Assembly: GCF_036365525.1 (NCBI RefSeq)
Contig: NC_090411.1
Coordinates: 26,734,819-26,798,818, forward strand
DNA: 64,000 bases
Origin: Heterodontus francisci
Taxonomy: Eukaryota
Direction of reading: 5' to 3'
Shown: positions 51,378 through 63,574 of the stretch, piece by piece
Layout of the letters: every line of letters starts with the position of its first letter
Position numbering within the stretch: the first letter of the stretch is position 1
Translations under genes and position numbers: made by a program
Notes under the pieces: model-generated
Database searches by the model: none
Told to the model about the DNA's origin: nothing
The model's input: only the letters and a program-made list of their open reading frames with translations

Positions 51378-54300
51378 TGTGGCATCACAGTACCTAACTA
51401 TTTGAATGTAGACTAGTTTGTATGTCATGTGCATTTCCAACTATATGCAGATAAAATACAGCATTTTGTTTATAAATATAAAGCTGCATCTAAAGAATTT
51501 AATTGTTCCACATTAATTGAAATAAACCATCTTCAGTTGATCTTGTCTGTATGTAGTTATACATTATCATGCATACCACTAATACTATTAAAATTTGGCA
51601 ACTTCTAGCTCAGTCATTTGAAGTCAGTTTACTTGCTGATTTCTTGCTGGTTGGTTCAGCTAGTTACAATAGTGATTTGACTGGAGAGGAGCCCAGTTGA
51701 GTATCCCATTTGGGGGGGCGGGGGGGTGAGTTGAGTTTCTTGGGCTTTGACTTGCCAATGACCAACTGTCTTCATGACATGTGGTGACATGAGCTCAAAT
51801 TGTCCAGAACAAATTGACATGGGTTCAAGTACTAGACTCTTGGGGGAGGTTGGGGGTGGGGAAGATCTTGAATAAGAGTTACTATTCTACACCAAAGTGA
51901 AATGCTTTTTCTGGCCTTGGGAGGTTACAAATTCCAGGGAAGCAAGCTTTTCTTTTCCCAGTCCCTTCCCAGCTAGCCCCTCAAACATCTCATTGGGTTG
52001 TCTTGTACTGCAAGAGACACTTTTTAAAATAACTTATTTGGGGGTGGGTGGTGTGGGGGTGGGGGGGGAAAGAAGGAAGAAAACCTTCTGTTCCCATTTC
52101 CTCATTAGATGCCATCTTCATCTACAGATCTAAGTTGCTTTCTATCAGCTGGTTAGGAACCTGTGTCCTCAAATTATAACTGGTGTTGACTTTAGAATCT
52201 AAAGTCAAAGCAAATTGATTTGAGCCTTAAGAAGTGAACTGGCTGGCCGGACCAAGTCCAGCTCTATCAAACTATCCTGAATTTGACATCAAGCCATTGC
52301 TCTATTACTGAGTCAAAGTCTTGGAGCTCCTTAACACCGTTCTCTCTAAATTCTGGTTGCTGTGCAACCCCACTGCCTTGTGGGCGTTGCGGTAGAGGCT
52401 AAGGGAGTAAACCCTAACAGATATTCCGGAGTGGAACCCCGTAGGCAGTCATGTGTCACCTTTGGCATGTTTCCAGCAGTTCCTGCAGCCATACCGGTGC
52501 CAAACATCATGCTCTGCACTCCTTTGGACCTCACCAGAAAGGCCGAGGGGGGGATTTTGACGACTGGGCAACTCTCAACCTCCATGAACTTGCCCAGGCA
52601 TACGCCATGGAGAGGTCACTCCATAATTGCCTCACAGTGACGGAAACAACACGGAAGGCAGCAGGCCAGTGCAAAGTCAATTATAAGGTGGCTGTGCATG
52701 CATCTATCTTAAAGGCAACATTGCTTGTGTAGCACATTCCAGGTTGCTGCACTGCTTGGAAGGACCGTTGCTCCTGACCTAACTGCAAAAGTCTCACTAG
52801 AGACAGTAGCAATTCAAGGCAGCTCACCCCTGTCAAGGGCAACTTGGGATGTGTCATAAATGTCTGTCTTCAAAAAAAAATGAATGAAATCCCATTGTTA
52901 CCACAAATACAGCAGTTTGTGAATTTAAGCATAGCAAGCTTTAATAGTCATAGTCGTACAGCATTGAAACAGGCCCTTCGGCCCACCATGACCATCATGC
53001 CAATCTATACTAATCCCACCTGCCTGCATTAATTCCATATCCCTCTATGCCTTGCTCATTCAAGTACCTGTCCAGATGCCTCTTAAATGTCGCTACTGTT
53101 CCTGCCTCCACCACCTCCTCAAGCAGCTCATTCCGGATACCCACCATTCTTTGTGAAAAATTTACCCCTTTGATCCCCTTTAAACCTCCTCCCTCACACC
53201 TTAAATCTATGCCCTCTAGTTTTAGTTACCCCAACCATGGGAAACAGACTCTGGCTATCTACCCGATATATGACTCTCATAATTTTATATACCTTTATCA
53301 TGTCCCCTTTCAGCCTCCTTCGCTCCAGGGAAAACAGACCCAGTTTTCCAATCTCTTTAGAACTCAAGCCCTCAAAACCAGGCAACATCCTTGTGAAATA
53401 AAAACAAGAAATGTTGGAAATATTCAGCAGGTCTGGCAGCATCTGTGGAGAGAGAAGCAGAGTTAACGTTTTGGGTCAGTGACCCTTCTTCGGAACTGGC
53501 AAATATTAGAAATTTGAAAGGTTATAAGCAAGTAAAGTGGGAGTGGGGCAAGAGATAACAAAGGAGAAGGTGTAGATAGGACAAGGCCACAGAATAGCTG
53601 ACCAGAAGGTCATAGAGCAAAGGCAAACAATATGTTAATGGTGTGTTGAAAGACAAAGCATTAGTACAGATAGGGTGTTAACGGACTGAAAAATTGAACA
53701 GCAAGTATAAACATAAAAAAAAACAGTGGGTAAGCAAACTGAACAAACTAAGATGAAATAAAATAAACATACAAAGAAAAATGTAAAAATTGTAAAAAAA
53801 GAATAACTAAAAGTAAAAGTAAAATGGGGGGCCCGTCATGCTCTGAAATTATCTGAAATAGATCGAGGTTATTAATATATATATCAGGTACAGCAGGGGT
53901 CCTAACATCGAACCATGGGAAACTCCATGACAAACTTTCCTCCAGTCTGAAAAACATCCATTATCACTACTCTCTGTTTCCTATCACTCAGCCAATTTCA
54001 TATCCATGTTGCTACTGTCCCTTTCATTCCATGAGCTAGAGCTTTGCTCACGAGTCTGTTTTTTGGCACTCTATCAAATGCTTTTGGAAGGCCATGTACA
54101 CCACATCAACAGCATTACCCTGATCAACCTTCTCTGTTACCTCATCAAAAACTCCAGCAAGTTGTTAACCATAATTTGCCATTCATAAAATAGGCTTTCT
54201 ATAATTAACCCACATTTGCCTAAGTGACTATAAATTTTATTCCAAGTTATCATTTCTAAAACCTTCCCAAAACTGAGGTTAAACTGACTGGCCCATAGTT

Positions 54301-56324
54301 GCTGGGCTTATCTTTACAACCTTTTTTGAACAATGGTGTAATATTTGCAATTCTTCAGGCCCCTGGCACCACCCCTGAATCTAAGGAAGACTGGAAAATT
54401 ATGTCTTTGCAGTTTCCACTCTCACTTCCCTCAGTATCCTTGGATGCATCTCATCTGGTCCTGGTGCCTTATCAACTTTAAGTACAGCTAGCCTATCCAA
54501 TACCACCTCCTTATCAATTTTAAATCATTCAAGTGACTGAATTACTTCCTCTTTCATCATGTCCTGTGCAGCATCTTCTTCCTTGGTAAAGAGAGATGCA
54601 AAGTATTCATTTAAAACCTCAGCCATGCCCCCTGACTCCATGTGTAAATCCCCTTTCTGGTCCCTAATTGGCACCACTCCTCCTTTCACCACCCTTTTAC
54701 TATTTAATATTAATAAGAAGACTTTTGGTTTTCCTTTTATATTTTCTGCCAGCCTCTTTTCATATTCTCTCTTTGCTTCTCTTATTTGCATGTTTCACTT
54801 CCCCTCTGAACATTCCATATTCTGCCTAGTTCTCGGTTGTATTATGCATCTGTCATAAACACATTTTTTCTTCTTCATCTTAATCTCTATCTCTTTCATC
54901 GTCCAGGGAGCTCTGGATTTGGCTGCCCCACCATTCCCCTTCATGGGAATATACCTTGACTGTGCTCAGACTATCCCTTCTTTCAGGCAGCCCATTGTTA
55001 AATTATTGTTTTGCCTGCCAACCTTTGATTCCAATTTATCTGGGTCAGATCCATTCCTAACCCCATTAAAGTTAGCTTTCCCCCAATCATAGAAACATAG
55101 AAAATAGGAGCAGGGGTAGGCCATTCGGCCCTTCGAGCCTTCTCCGCCATTCAAAAAAGATCATGGCTGATCATCTAATTCAGTACCCTGTTCCCACTTT
55201 CTCCCCATGTCCCTTGATCCCTCTGGCATTAAGAAATATATCTATCTCCTTCTTGAATATAGTTAATGACTTGGCTTCCACTGCCTTCTGCCGTAGAGAA
55301 TTCCACAGGTTCGCCACCCTCTGCGTGAAGAAATTTCTCCTCATCTCGGTTCCAAATGGCATACCCCGTATCCTGAGACTGTGACCCCTGGTTCTGGACT
55401 CCCAGTCATCAGGAACATCCTCCCTGCATCTAGCCTGTCTAGTCCTGTTAGAATTTTATAGGTTTCTATGAGATCTCCTCTCATTCTTCTAAACTCTAGC
55501 GAATGTAGGCCTAGTCGACCCAATCTCTCCTCATACGTCAGTCCTGCCACCCCAGGAATCAGCCTAGTAAATCTTCTTTGCACTCCCTCCATGGCAAGAA
55601 CATCCTTCCTCAGATAAGGAGACCAAAACTGCCCACAATACTCCAGATGTGGTCTCATCAAGGCCCTGTATAACTGCAGTAAGACATCCTTGCTCCTGTA
55701 CTCAGATCCTCTTGCAATGAAGGCCAACATACCATTCGCCTTCCTAACTGCTTGCTGCACCTGAGTGCTTGCTTTCAGCGACTGGTATACAAGGACACCC
55801 AGGTCTCATTGCACCTTCCTCTTTCCCAATCTATCAACATTCAGATAATAATCTGCCTTTCTGTTTTTACAACCAAAGTGGATAACCTCACATTTATCCA
55901 CATTGTACTGCATCTGCCATGCATTTGCCCACTCACTCAACTTGCCAAATCACATTGCAGCCTCTTTGCATCCTCCTCACAGCTCACATTCCTTTCCCGT
56001 CTTCCTGTTTCCTACTCTAATGCAAGTATCTCTTTCAATTCTCTGTGCATCTTGGTGTTCCTCTGTTCTATTATCTCCTGGTTCCCACGCCCCTGCCAAC
56101 TTAGTTTAAACCCTTCCCAATAGTACGAGCAAATCACCCAACATGGATCCTGTCCCAGTTCTGTTCAAGTGCAACCTGTCCAGCCTCTACAGGTCCCATC
56201 TACTCCAGAACTGGTCCCAGTGTCCCAGCAATCTAATGCCCTCACTCCTGCGCCATCTTTCCAGCCACACATTCATCTGCTCTATCCTTTATTTCTAGAC
56301 TCACTTGCGCTTGGTACCAGGAAT

Positions 56325-56930
56325 TCTTCTTTTGGGCCTCCTTATCTCGAGAGACAATGGATACGCGCCTGGAGGTGGTCAGTGGTGTTTTAGTCGCTGT
56401 GAGGCAACTATGGAGTGACCTCTCCATGGCGCATGCCTGGGCAAATTTATGGAGGTTGAGAGTTGCTCAGTCGTCAAAACCCCCCTCTCGGCCTTTCTGG
56501 TGGGGTCCAAAGGAGTGCAGGACACGACGTTTGGCACCAGTATGGCTGCAGGAACTGCCGGAAACATGCCAAAGGTGACACATGACCGCCTACGGGGTTC
56601 CGCTCCGGATTTTCTGTTAGGGTTTACTCCCTTAGCCTTGGTCTCTCCCGAGACGCCCACAAGGCAGTGAGGTTGTTGGGGCCCCTACACAGGTGTAGGA
56701 TGGTGCCGGTGGGAGGAGGGGATGCAAGGGGGAGGGGTAGAGGGAGGGGTAGAGGGAGGGGGTGGGGGGGGGTGCAGGGGAAGGGGGTGCGGGGTGAAGA
56801 TGGTGCGAGGGGGGGGGCGGGCTGGGACGGGGTTGTGAGGGGGTGAGCTGAGAGGGTGGAGCAGGGAAGGGGACGGGGGTGGGGGGGGGGGGGTGGGAGG
56901 GGGGGTGGAATCTGGTGCAGGTAATAAGCC
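56325..56930 (-). mobile_element. Non-autonomous RTE-tailed retroelement (SINE-like or bipartite), 606 bp
   Basis: Private to unit 3 (offset +608). Positions 56330-56386 are identical to the 3' end of the RTE at ~40583-40639; GAA-type tail; ~290-bp body; C-rich head on the sense strand. Confidence 0.85.
56705..56910 (+). repeat. G-rich low-complexity tract (G-quadruplex-capable)
   Basis: Many consecutive runs of three or more G within ~200 bp, inside the 606-bp element. Confidence 0.85.
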
Positions 56931-59652
56931 ATAATCCAGAGATTACTACGGTAACGACCAGAGATTACCACTCCTCCTGGCTGGCCTCCCGCAATCTATC
57001 CTCCATACACCTGAGGTCATTGAGAACTCCAATGTCCTTGCCCTAATTCACTCATCATGCCTATCATCGCTGACACACATTGGCTCCTGGTTAAGCAACA
57101 CCTCAATTTCAAAAGTCTCATCCTTCTTTTCAAATCCCTTCATTGCCTCTCCCCTCCATAATGCTGCAATCTCCTCCAGCCCCACAGTCCTCGAGATATC
57201 TGCACCCCTCTAATTCTGGCCTTTGTGTATCCCCAATTTTAATCGCTTAACTATTGGCGGCTGTACCTTCAGCTGCCAAGAGCCTAAGTTCTGGAATTCT
57301 CTTCTTAAACCTTCCCGCCTTTCTACCTCTCTCTCTCTCCTGCTTTGAGATGCTCCTACAAATCAGGCTCTTTGCCCAAACCTTTGTCACCTCCATTTAG
57401 AATCAGCCTCTCCCTCACTTACCTTCAATTGCATCAAAATCATGAGGGGCCTGGACGGAGTAGATAGGAAGAAACTGTTCCCACTCGTGAAAGGATCGAG
57501 AATGAGAGGGCACAGATTTCAAAAAATTGGTAAAAGAAACAAAAGTGACATGAGGAAAACTTTTTCACGCAGCGTGAGGTTAAGGTTTGGAAAGCACTGC
57601 CTGAGAGTGTGGTGGATGCAGGTTCAATGGAGGCTTTCAAAAGGGAATTAGACTGTTATATGAAAAGGAAGAATGTGCAGGGTTACAGGGAGAAGGCGGG
57701 GAATGGCATTAGGTGAAATGTTGATTCACAGAGCCGGTAAGACACGATGGGCCGAATGGCCTCCTCGGTGCTGTAACAATTGTATGATTCTGTGTTTCTG
57801 CATCCTGCTGCTGCTTTCAAGCTGGAAGGCCTCTGATTGGCCCTCCAGCTTCGACAACCCGCCTGCTGCCCTTAATTAAACGATGAGTCCATCCTCTGGC
57901 TATTAATTGTCCTTCCCAGGGAAAATCACAGTGAGTGACTGTTCCCCACACAGTGCAGGTTCAGAAGCCCGCAGAGAAATTCCAGCCTTAAAGGTGGAGG
58001 CGAACACACTGAAGACTGATTCTGGCCTCAGCTGATGTCCACTCACACGTAGACATTTGTCCACAAATACACACACTTACACGTGCAAAGTGTGGGCAGG
58101 AGGGCGGCAACAGCTCATTAGGCTCTTTGAGGAGCTTGTTAACAGACTGGGGAAGCTAAGGAAGCAATTTTTAAAGCTTTATCGCCGAACCCAAACAGGA
58201 TCTTGCACAGCCGTCAGGTCCAAAGCAGGCAGAGGTGAAAGTTCTTTTATTGGTGATGGCAAATTTCTGGAGCTGGGGGATTTTGTGCAGGATCGTGCAC
58301 TTGACCGTCCATTTGGCCGTTTGGCCACTTTTGTGCTGGGTGAGGCTGCGGCCCGGCGAGGAGCTGCCTGCTCTCTTCTATAAGACAGTGGTAGGCGCCA
58401 TCATGGCTGCCATCTGCAGAATCAGGACCCTGAAATTATCCGGCCTCAGGTTCCCGAAACCAATTTGAAAATTCAGCCAAAGATTTCACAGCAACAATAT
58501 CCTAGGAACTGAGCTCAAAAAACTCTCTGACCTGAGCTTTCACAGTTTGCTTTCAATGCCACCTACTGTTGGTGCAGTGAACACAAAGAAAAATGGTGGC
58601 CTGGAAATAACAGTGCAATATTATTGGGTAAACACGTTAATTTATTCTTGAGATGTGAGACTCACTGGCAAGGCCAGCATTTATTGCCCATCTCCAATTG
58701 TCCTTGAGCAGGTGCTGGTGGGACTTGTTCTTGAACCGCTGTAGTCCACGTGCTGAAGATTCTCCCATCGTGATGTTCGGAAGGGAGTTCCATGATTTTG
58801 ATCCAGTGACGATGAGGGAACGGTGATTTATGTCCAAGTCGGAATGGTGCGTGACTCAGAGGGGAACTTGGAGGTGGTGGTGTTCCCATACACCTGCTTC
58901 CTTTGTCCTTCTAGCTGGTGGAGATCACATGCTCGGGAGGGGCTGTCGGAGTAGCCTTGGCGAGTTGCTGCAGTGTATCCTGTAGATAGTGCACATGGCA
59001 GCCCCAATGGAAATGGACCTTTAGGTTACTTGACGTGTTGTTTTGTCTCTTAAGTTAATCGATTTATTTTAAATTAGTTCATGACTTCACTAAAGGACAA
59101 GACAAAGGAAGATGTTCTTAGTGTAATATTGAACAGTATAATATCCTAAACTGCAACCTGGTATTTGAAACAACTATTGAACAAAAGTAACTTGCTTCCA
59201 CCAATCTGCCTTTGATCATGCCTTTTAACTGACTGGTTATCTTCAATTCTCCAGGACCATACAGACCACCAATCCACTGTTGAAGGCTGTTTTAGTTTGT
59301 TTTATGTAGAGTAGGAGGAGGCTCATGTGGAGCATAATTGCCAGCATGGACCAGTTGGGCCGAGTGGCCAGTTTTTGTGTTGTACATTGGATATAATTCT
59401 ATGTAAACAGTATCAGAAACTAACTCATTGGAAACATTTTTGACAGTAGATGGTTGTTGATACAACTGAGAACTGAATATAGGGATAATACAATGGCAGG
59501 CATGTGATATGCATCCAGCAACTGATTCCTGGGGAGATTAGACATGTGGGCCTGAGGCCTACCATTTTTTTTTAGAATTAGAATTAGAACATTACAGCGC
59601 AGTACAGGCCCTTCGGCCCTCGATGTTGCGCCGACCTGTGAAACCATCTGAC

Positions 59653-62379
59653 CTACACTATTCCATTTTCATCCATATGTCTATCCAATGACCACTTAAA
59701 TGCCCTTAAAGTTGGCGAGTCTACTACTGTTGCAGGCAGGGCGTTCCACGCCCCTACTACTCTCTGAGTAAAGAAACTACCTCTGACATCTGTCCTATAT
59801 CTATCACCCCTCAACTTAAAGCTATGTCCCTTCGTGTTTGCCATCACCATCCGAGGAAAAAGACTCTCACTATCCACCCTATCTAACCCTCTGATTATCT
59901 TATATGTCTCTATTAAGTCACCTCTCCTCCTCCTTCTCTCCAACGAAAACAACCTCAAGTCCCTCAGCCTTTCCTTGTAAGACCTTCCCTCCATACCAGG
60001 CAACATCCTAGTAAATCTCCTCTGCACCCTTTCCATAGCTTCCACATCCTTCCTATAATGTGGTGACCAGAACTGCACGCAATACTCCAGGTGCGGTCTC
60101 ACCAGAGTTTTGTACAGCTGCAGCATGACCTCGTGGCTCCGAAACTCGATCCCCCTACTAATAAAAGCTAACACACCATATGCCTTCTTAACAGCCCTAT
60201 TAACCTGGGTAGCAACCTTCAGGGATTTATGCACCTGGACACCAAGATCTCTCTGTTCATCTACACTACCAAGAATCTTCCCATTAGTCCAGTACTCTGC
60301 ATTCCTGTTACTCCTTCCAAAGTGAATCACCTCACACTTTTCCGCATTAAACTCCATTTGCCATCTCTCAGCCCAGCTCTGCAGCCTATCTATGTCCCTC
60401 TGTACCCTACAACATCCTTCGGCACTATCCACAACTCCACCGACCTTAGTGTCATCCGCAAATTTACTAACCCACCCTTCTACACCCTCTTCCAGGTCAT
60501 TTATAAAAATGACAAACAGCAGTGGCCCCAAAACAGATCCTTGCAGTACACCACTAGTAACTAAACTCCAGGATGAACATTTGCCATCAACCACCACCCT
60601 CTGTCTTCTTTCAGCTAGCCAATTTCTGATCCAAAGCTCTAAATCACCTTCAACTCCATACTTCCGTATTTTCTGCAATAGCCTACCATGGGGAACCTTA
60701 TCAAACGCCTTACTGAAATCCATATACACCACATCCACTGCTTTACACACATCCACCTGTTTGGTCACCTTCTCGAAAAACTCAATAAGGTTTGTGAGGC
60801 ACGACCTACCCGTCACAAAACCGTGCTGACTATCGCTAATGAATTTATTCTTTTCAAGATGATTATAAATCCTGTCTCTTATAACCTTTTCCAACATTTT
60901 ACCCACAACCGAAGTAAGGCTCACAGGTCTATAATTACCAGGGCTGTCTCTACTCCCCTTCTTGAACAAGGGGACAACATTTGCTATCCCCCAGTCTTCC
61001 GGCACTATTCCTGTCGACAATGACGACATAAAGATCAAGGACAAAGGCTCTGCAATCTCCTCCCTAGCTTCCCAGAGAATCCTAGGATAAATCCCATCTG
61101 ACCCAGGGGACTTATCTATTTTCACACTTTCCAAAATTGATAACACCTCCTCCTTGTGAACCTCAATCCCATCTAGCCTAGTAGCCTGAATCTCAGTATT
61201 CTCCTCGACAACATTTTCTTTCTCTACTGTAAATACTGACGCAAAATATTCATTTAACACTTCGCCTACCTCCTCTGATTCCACACACAACTTCCCACTA
61301 CTATCCTTGATTGGCCCTAATCTAACTCTAGTCATTCTTTTATTCCTGATATACCTATAGAAAGCCTTAGGGTTTTCCCTGATCCTATCCGCCAATGACT
61401 TCTCGTGTCCTCTCCTTGCTCGTCTTAGTTCTCCCTTTAGATCCTTCCTGGCTAGCTTGTAACTCTCAAGCGCCCTAACTGAGCCTTCACGTCTCATCCT
61501 AACATAAGCCTTCTTCTTCCTCTTGACAAGCGCTTCAACTTCTTTAGTAAACCACGGCTCCCTCGCTCGACAACTTCCTCCCTGCCTCACAGGTACATAC
61601 TTATCAAGGACACGCAGTAGCTGCTCCTTGAATAAGCTCCACATTTCGATTGTTCCCATCCCCTGCAGTTTCCTTCCCCATCCTACGCATCCTAAATCTT
61701 GCCTAATCGCATCATAATTTCCTTTCCCCCAGCTATAATTTTTGTCCTGCGGTATATACCTGTCCCTGCCCATCGCTAAGGTAAACCTAACCGAATTGTG
61801 ATCACTATCACCAAAGTGCTCACCTACATCTAAATCTAACACCTGGCCGGGTTCATTACCCAGTACCAAATCCAATGTGGCATCGCCCCTGGTTGGCCTG
61901 TCTACATACTGTGTCAGAAAACCCTCCTGCACACACTGGACAAAAACTGACCCATCTAAGGTACTCGAACTATAGTATTTCCAGTCGATATTTGGAAAGT
62001 TAAAGTCCCCCATAACAACTACCCTGTTACTCTCGCCCCTGTCGAGAATCATCTTTGCTATCCTTTCCTCTACATCTCTGGAACTATTTGGAGGTCTATA
62101 AAAGACTCCCAACAGGGTGACCTCACCTCTCCTGTTTCTAACCTCGGCCCATACTACCTCAGTAGACGAGTCCTCAAATGTCCTTTCTGCCGCTGTAATA
62201 CTCTCCTTGATTAACAATGCCACACCCCCCCCCCCTCTTTTACCATCTTCTCTGTTCTTACTGAAACATCTAAATCCCGGAACCTGCAACATCCATTCCT
62301 GCCCCTGCTCTACCCATGTCTCCGAAATGGCCACTACATCGAGATCCCAGGTACCAACCAATGCTGCAAGCTCACCCAC
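59653..62379 (-). CDS. CR1 ORF2: APE endonuclease + reverse transcriptase (>=908 aa)
   Basis: Endonuclease motifs AISETW, GDFN and SDH; RT motifs QHGF, DFSKAFDKV, QGSVLGPLLF and FADD. The frame extends upstream of the called start (LKCVYFNTRSIRNK). Confidence 0.93.
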   Translation of the reverse strand: MGELAALVGTWDLDVVAISETWVEQGQEWMLQVPGFRCFSKNREDGKRGGGGVALLIKESITAAERTFEDSSTEVVWAEVRNRRGEVTLLGVFYRPPNSSRDVEERIAKMILDRGESNRVVVMGDFNFPNIDWKYYSSSTLDGSVFVQCVQEGFLTQYVDRPTRGDATLDLVLGNEPGQVLDLDVGEHFGDSDHNSVRFTLAMGRDRYIPQDKNYSWGKGNYDAIRQDLGCVGWGRKLQGMGTIEMWSLFKEQLLRVLDKYVPVRQGGSCRAREPWFTKEVEALVKRKKKAYVRMRREGSVRALESYKLARKDLKGELRRARRGHEKSLADRIRENPKAFYRYIRNKRMTRVRLGPIKDSSGKLCVESEEVGEVLNEYFASVFTVEKENVVEENTEIQATRLDGIEVHKEEVLSILESVKIDKSPGSDGIYPRILWEAREEIAEPLSLIFMSSLSTGIVPEDWGIANVVPLFKKGSRDSPGNYRPVSLTSVVGKMLEKVIRDRIYNHLEKNKFISDSQHGFVTGRSCLTNLIEFFEKVTKQVDVCKAVDVVYMDFSKAFDKVPHGRLLQKIRKYGVEGDLELWIRNWLAERRQRVVVDGKCSSWSLVTSGVLQGSVLGPLLFVIFINDLEEGVEGWVSKFADDTKVGGVVDSAEGCCRVQRDIDRLQSWAERWQMEFNAEKCEVIHFGRSNRNAEYWTNGKILGSVDEQRDLGVQVHKSLKVATQVNRAVKKAYGVLAFISRGIEFRSHEVMLQLYKTLVRPHLEYCVQFWSPHYRKDVEAMERVQRRFTRMLPGMEGRSYKERLRDLRLFSLERRRRRGDLIETYKIIRGLDRVDSESLFPRMVMANTKGHSFKLRGDRYRTDVRGSFFTQRVVGAWNALPATVVDSPTLRAFKWSLDRHMDENGIV

Positions 62380-62537
62380 CTTATTCCGGATGCTCCTGGT
62401 GTTGAAGTAGACACACTTTAAACCAGGTTCTTGCTTGCCAGTGCCCTCTTGCGTCCTTGTAACCTTAGCCCTGACCTCACTACTCTCAACATCCTGTACA
62501 CTGGCACTACATTTTAGGTTCCCATTCCCCTGCTGAA

Positions 62538-63479
62538 TTAGTTTAAACCCCCCCGAAGAGCACTAGCAAATCTCCCCCCCAGGATATTGGTACCCCTCTG
62601 GTTCAGGTGAAGACCATCCTGTTTGTAGAGGTCCCACCTACCCCAGAAAGAGCCCCAATTATCCAGGAAACCAAAACCCTCCCTCCTGCACCATCCCTGC
62701 AGCCACGTGTTCAACTCCTCTCTCTCCCTATTCCTCGCTTCGTTATCACTTGGCACGGGCAACAACCCAGAGATAACAACTCTTTTTGTTCTCGCTCTAA
62801 GCTTCCACCCTAGCTCCCTGAATTTCTGTCTTAAATCCCCATCTCTCTTCCTACCTATGTCGTTGGTGCCTATGTGGACCACGACTTGGGGCTGCTCCCC
62901 CTCCCCCTTAAGGATCCCAAAAACACGATCCAAGACATCACGAACCCTGGCACCTGGGAGGCAACATACCAACCGTGAGTCTCTCTCGTTCCCACAGAAC
63001 CTCCTATCTGTTCCCCTAACTATGGAGTCCCCAATGACTAATGCTCTGCTCCTCTTCCCTCTTCCCTTCTGAGCAACAGGGACAGACTCTGTGCCAGAGA
63101 CCTGTACCCCATTGCTTACCCCTGGTAAGTCGTCCCCCGCAACAGTATCCAAAACGGTATACCTGTTGTTGAGGGAAACGGCCACAGGGGATCCCTGCAC
63201 TGCCTGCTGGTCCCATCTCCTTCCCCTGACGGTAACCCATCTACCTACTTCTTTTACCTGAGGTGTGACTACCTCCCCATAACTCCTCTCAATAACCCCC
63301 TCCGCCTCACGAATGATCCGAAGTTCATCCAGCTCCAGCTCCAGTTCCCTAATGCGGTTCTCGAGGAGCTGGAGTTGGGTGCACTTCCCGCAGATGCAGT
63401 CAGCAGGGACACTCTTGGCGACCATTACCTCCCACATTCTGCAGGAGGAACATACAACTGCCTTAACCTCCATTCCCAC
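62538..63479 (-). CDS. CR1 ORF1: Cys-rich N-terminus, coiled coil and SGNH/GDSL esterase domain
   Basis: CxxC...CxxC motifs, heptad LQLLENRIRELELEL, and esterase blocks IGDS, PGA, HIGTND and DGLH. First ATG at 63473. Confidence 0.9.
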   Translation of the reverse strand: MGMEVKAVVCSSCRMWEVMVAKSVPADCICGKCTQLQLLENRIRELELELDELRIIREAEGVIERSYGEVVTPQVKEVGRWVTVRGRRWDQQAVQGSPVAVSLNNRYTVLDTVAGDDLPGVSNGVQVSGTESVPVAQKGRGKRSRALVIGDSIVRGTDRRFCGNERDSRLVCCLPGARVRDVLDRVFGILKGEGEQPQVVVHIGTNDIGRKRDGDLRQKFRELGWKLRARTKRVVISGLLPVPSDNEARNREREELNTWLQGWCRREGFGFLDNWGSFWGRWDLYKQDGLHLNQRGTNILGGRFASALRGGLN

Positions 63480-63574
63480 TATTCTAAATTCCCAACAAAT
63501 CTACTGAAAAACCAAAAAAAAATGTCAAAATTTGTTAGGTTAGCAATCCAACGGACAGAACTTCTTAACTAAAA

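Larger units (their letters stand above)
59566..63574 (-). mobile_element. Near-full-length CR1-clade LINE with two open ORFs
   Basis: Absent from units 1 and 2 (empty site cctaccatgtagctgagg at ~5908-5925). The 3' end on the minus strand is ...gttctaattctaattctaaaaaaaaa. Contains ORF1 and ORF2. No TSD; 2 nt of the empty site are missing. Confidence 0.95.

Noticed and set aside
56600-56700. HDV-like ribozyme in the body of the RTE-tailed element (and at ~52362-52410)
   Set aside because: GCC/GGC, GG and GCTAA pieces are present, but I could not build a complementary P2 or a proper L3/P1.1; a simple hairpin fits better. A descriptor search would be needed.
56624-56971. Proline-rich 115-aa ORF
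   Set aside because: It is a translation of the low-complexity C-rich strand and crosses the insertion boundary.
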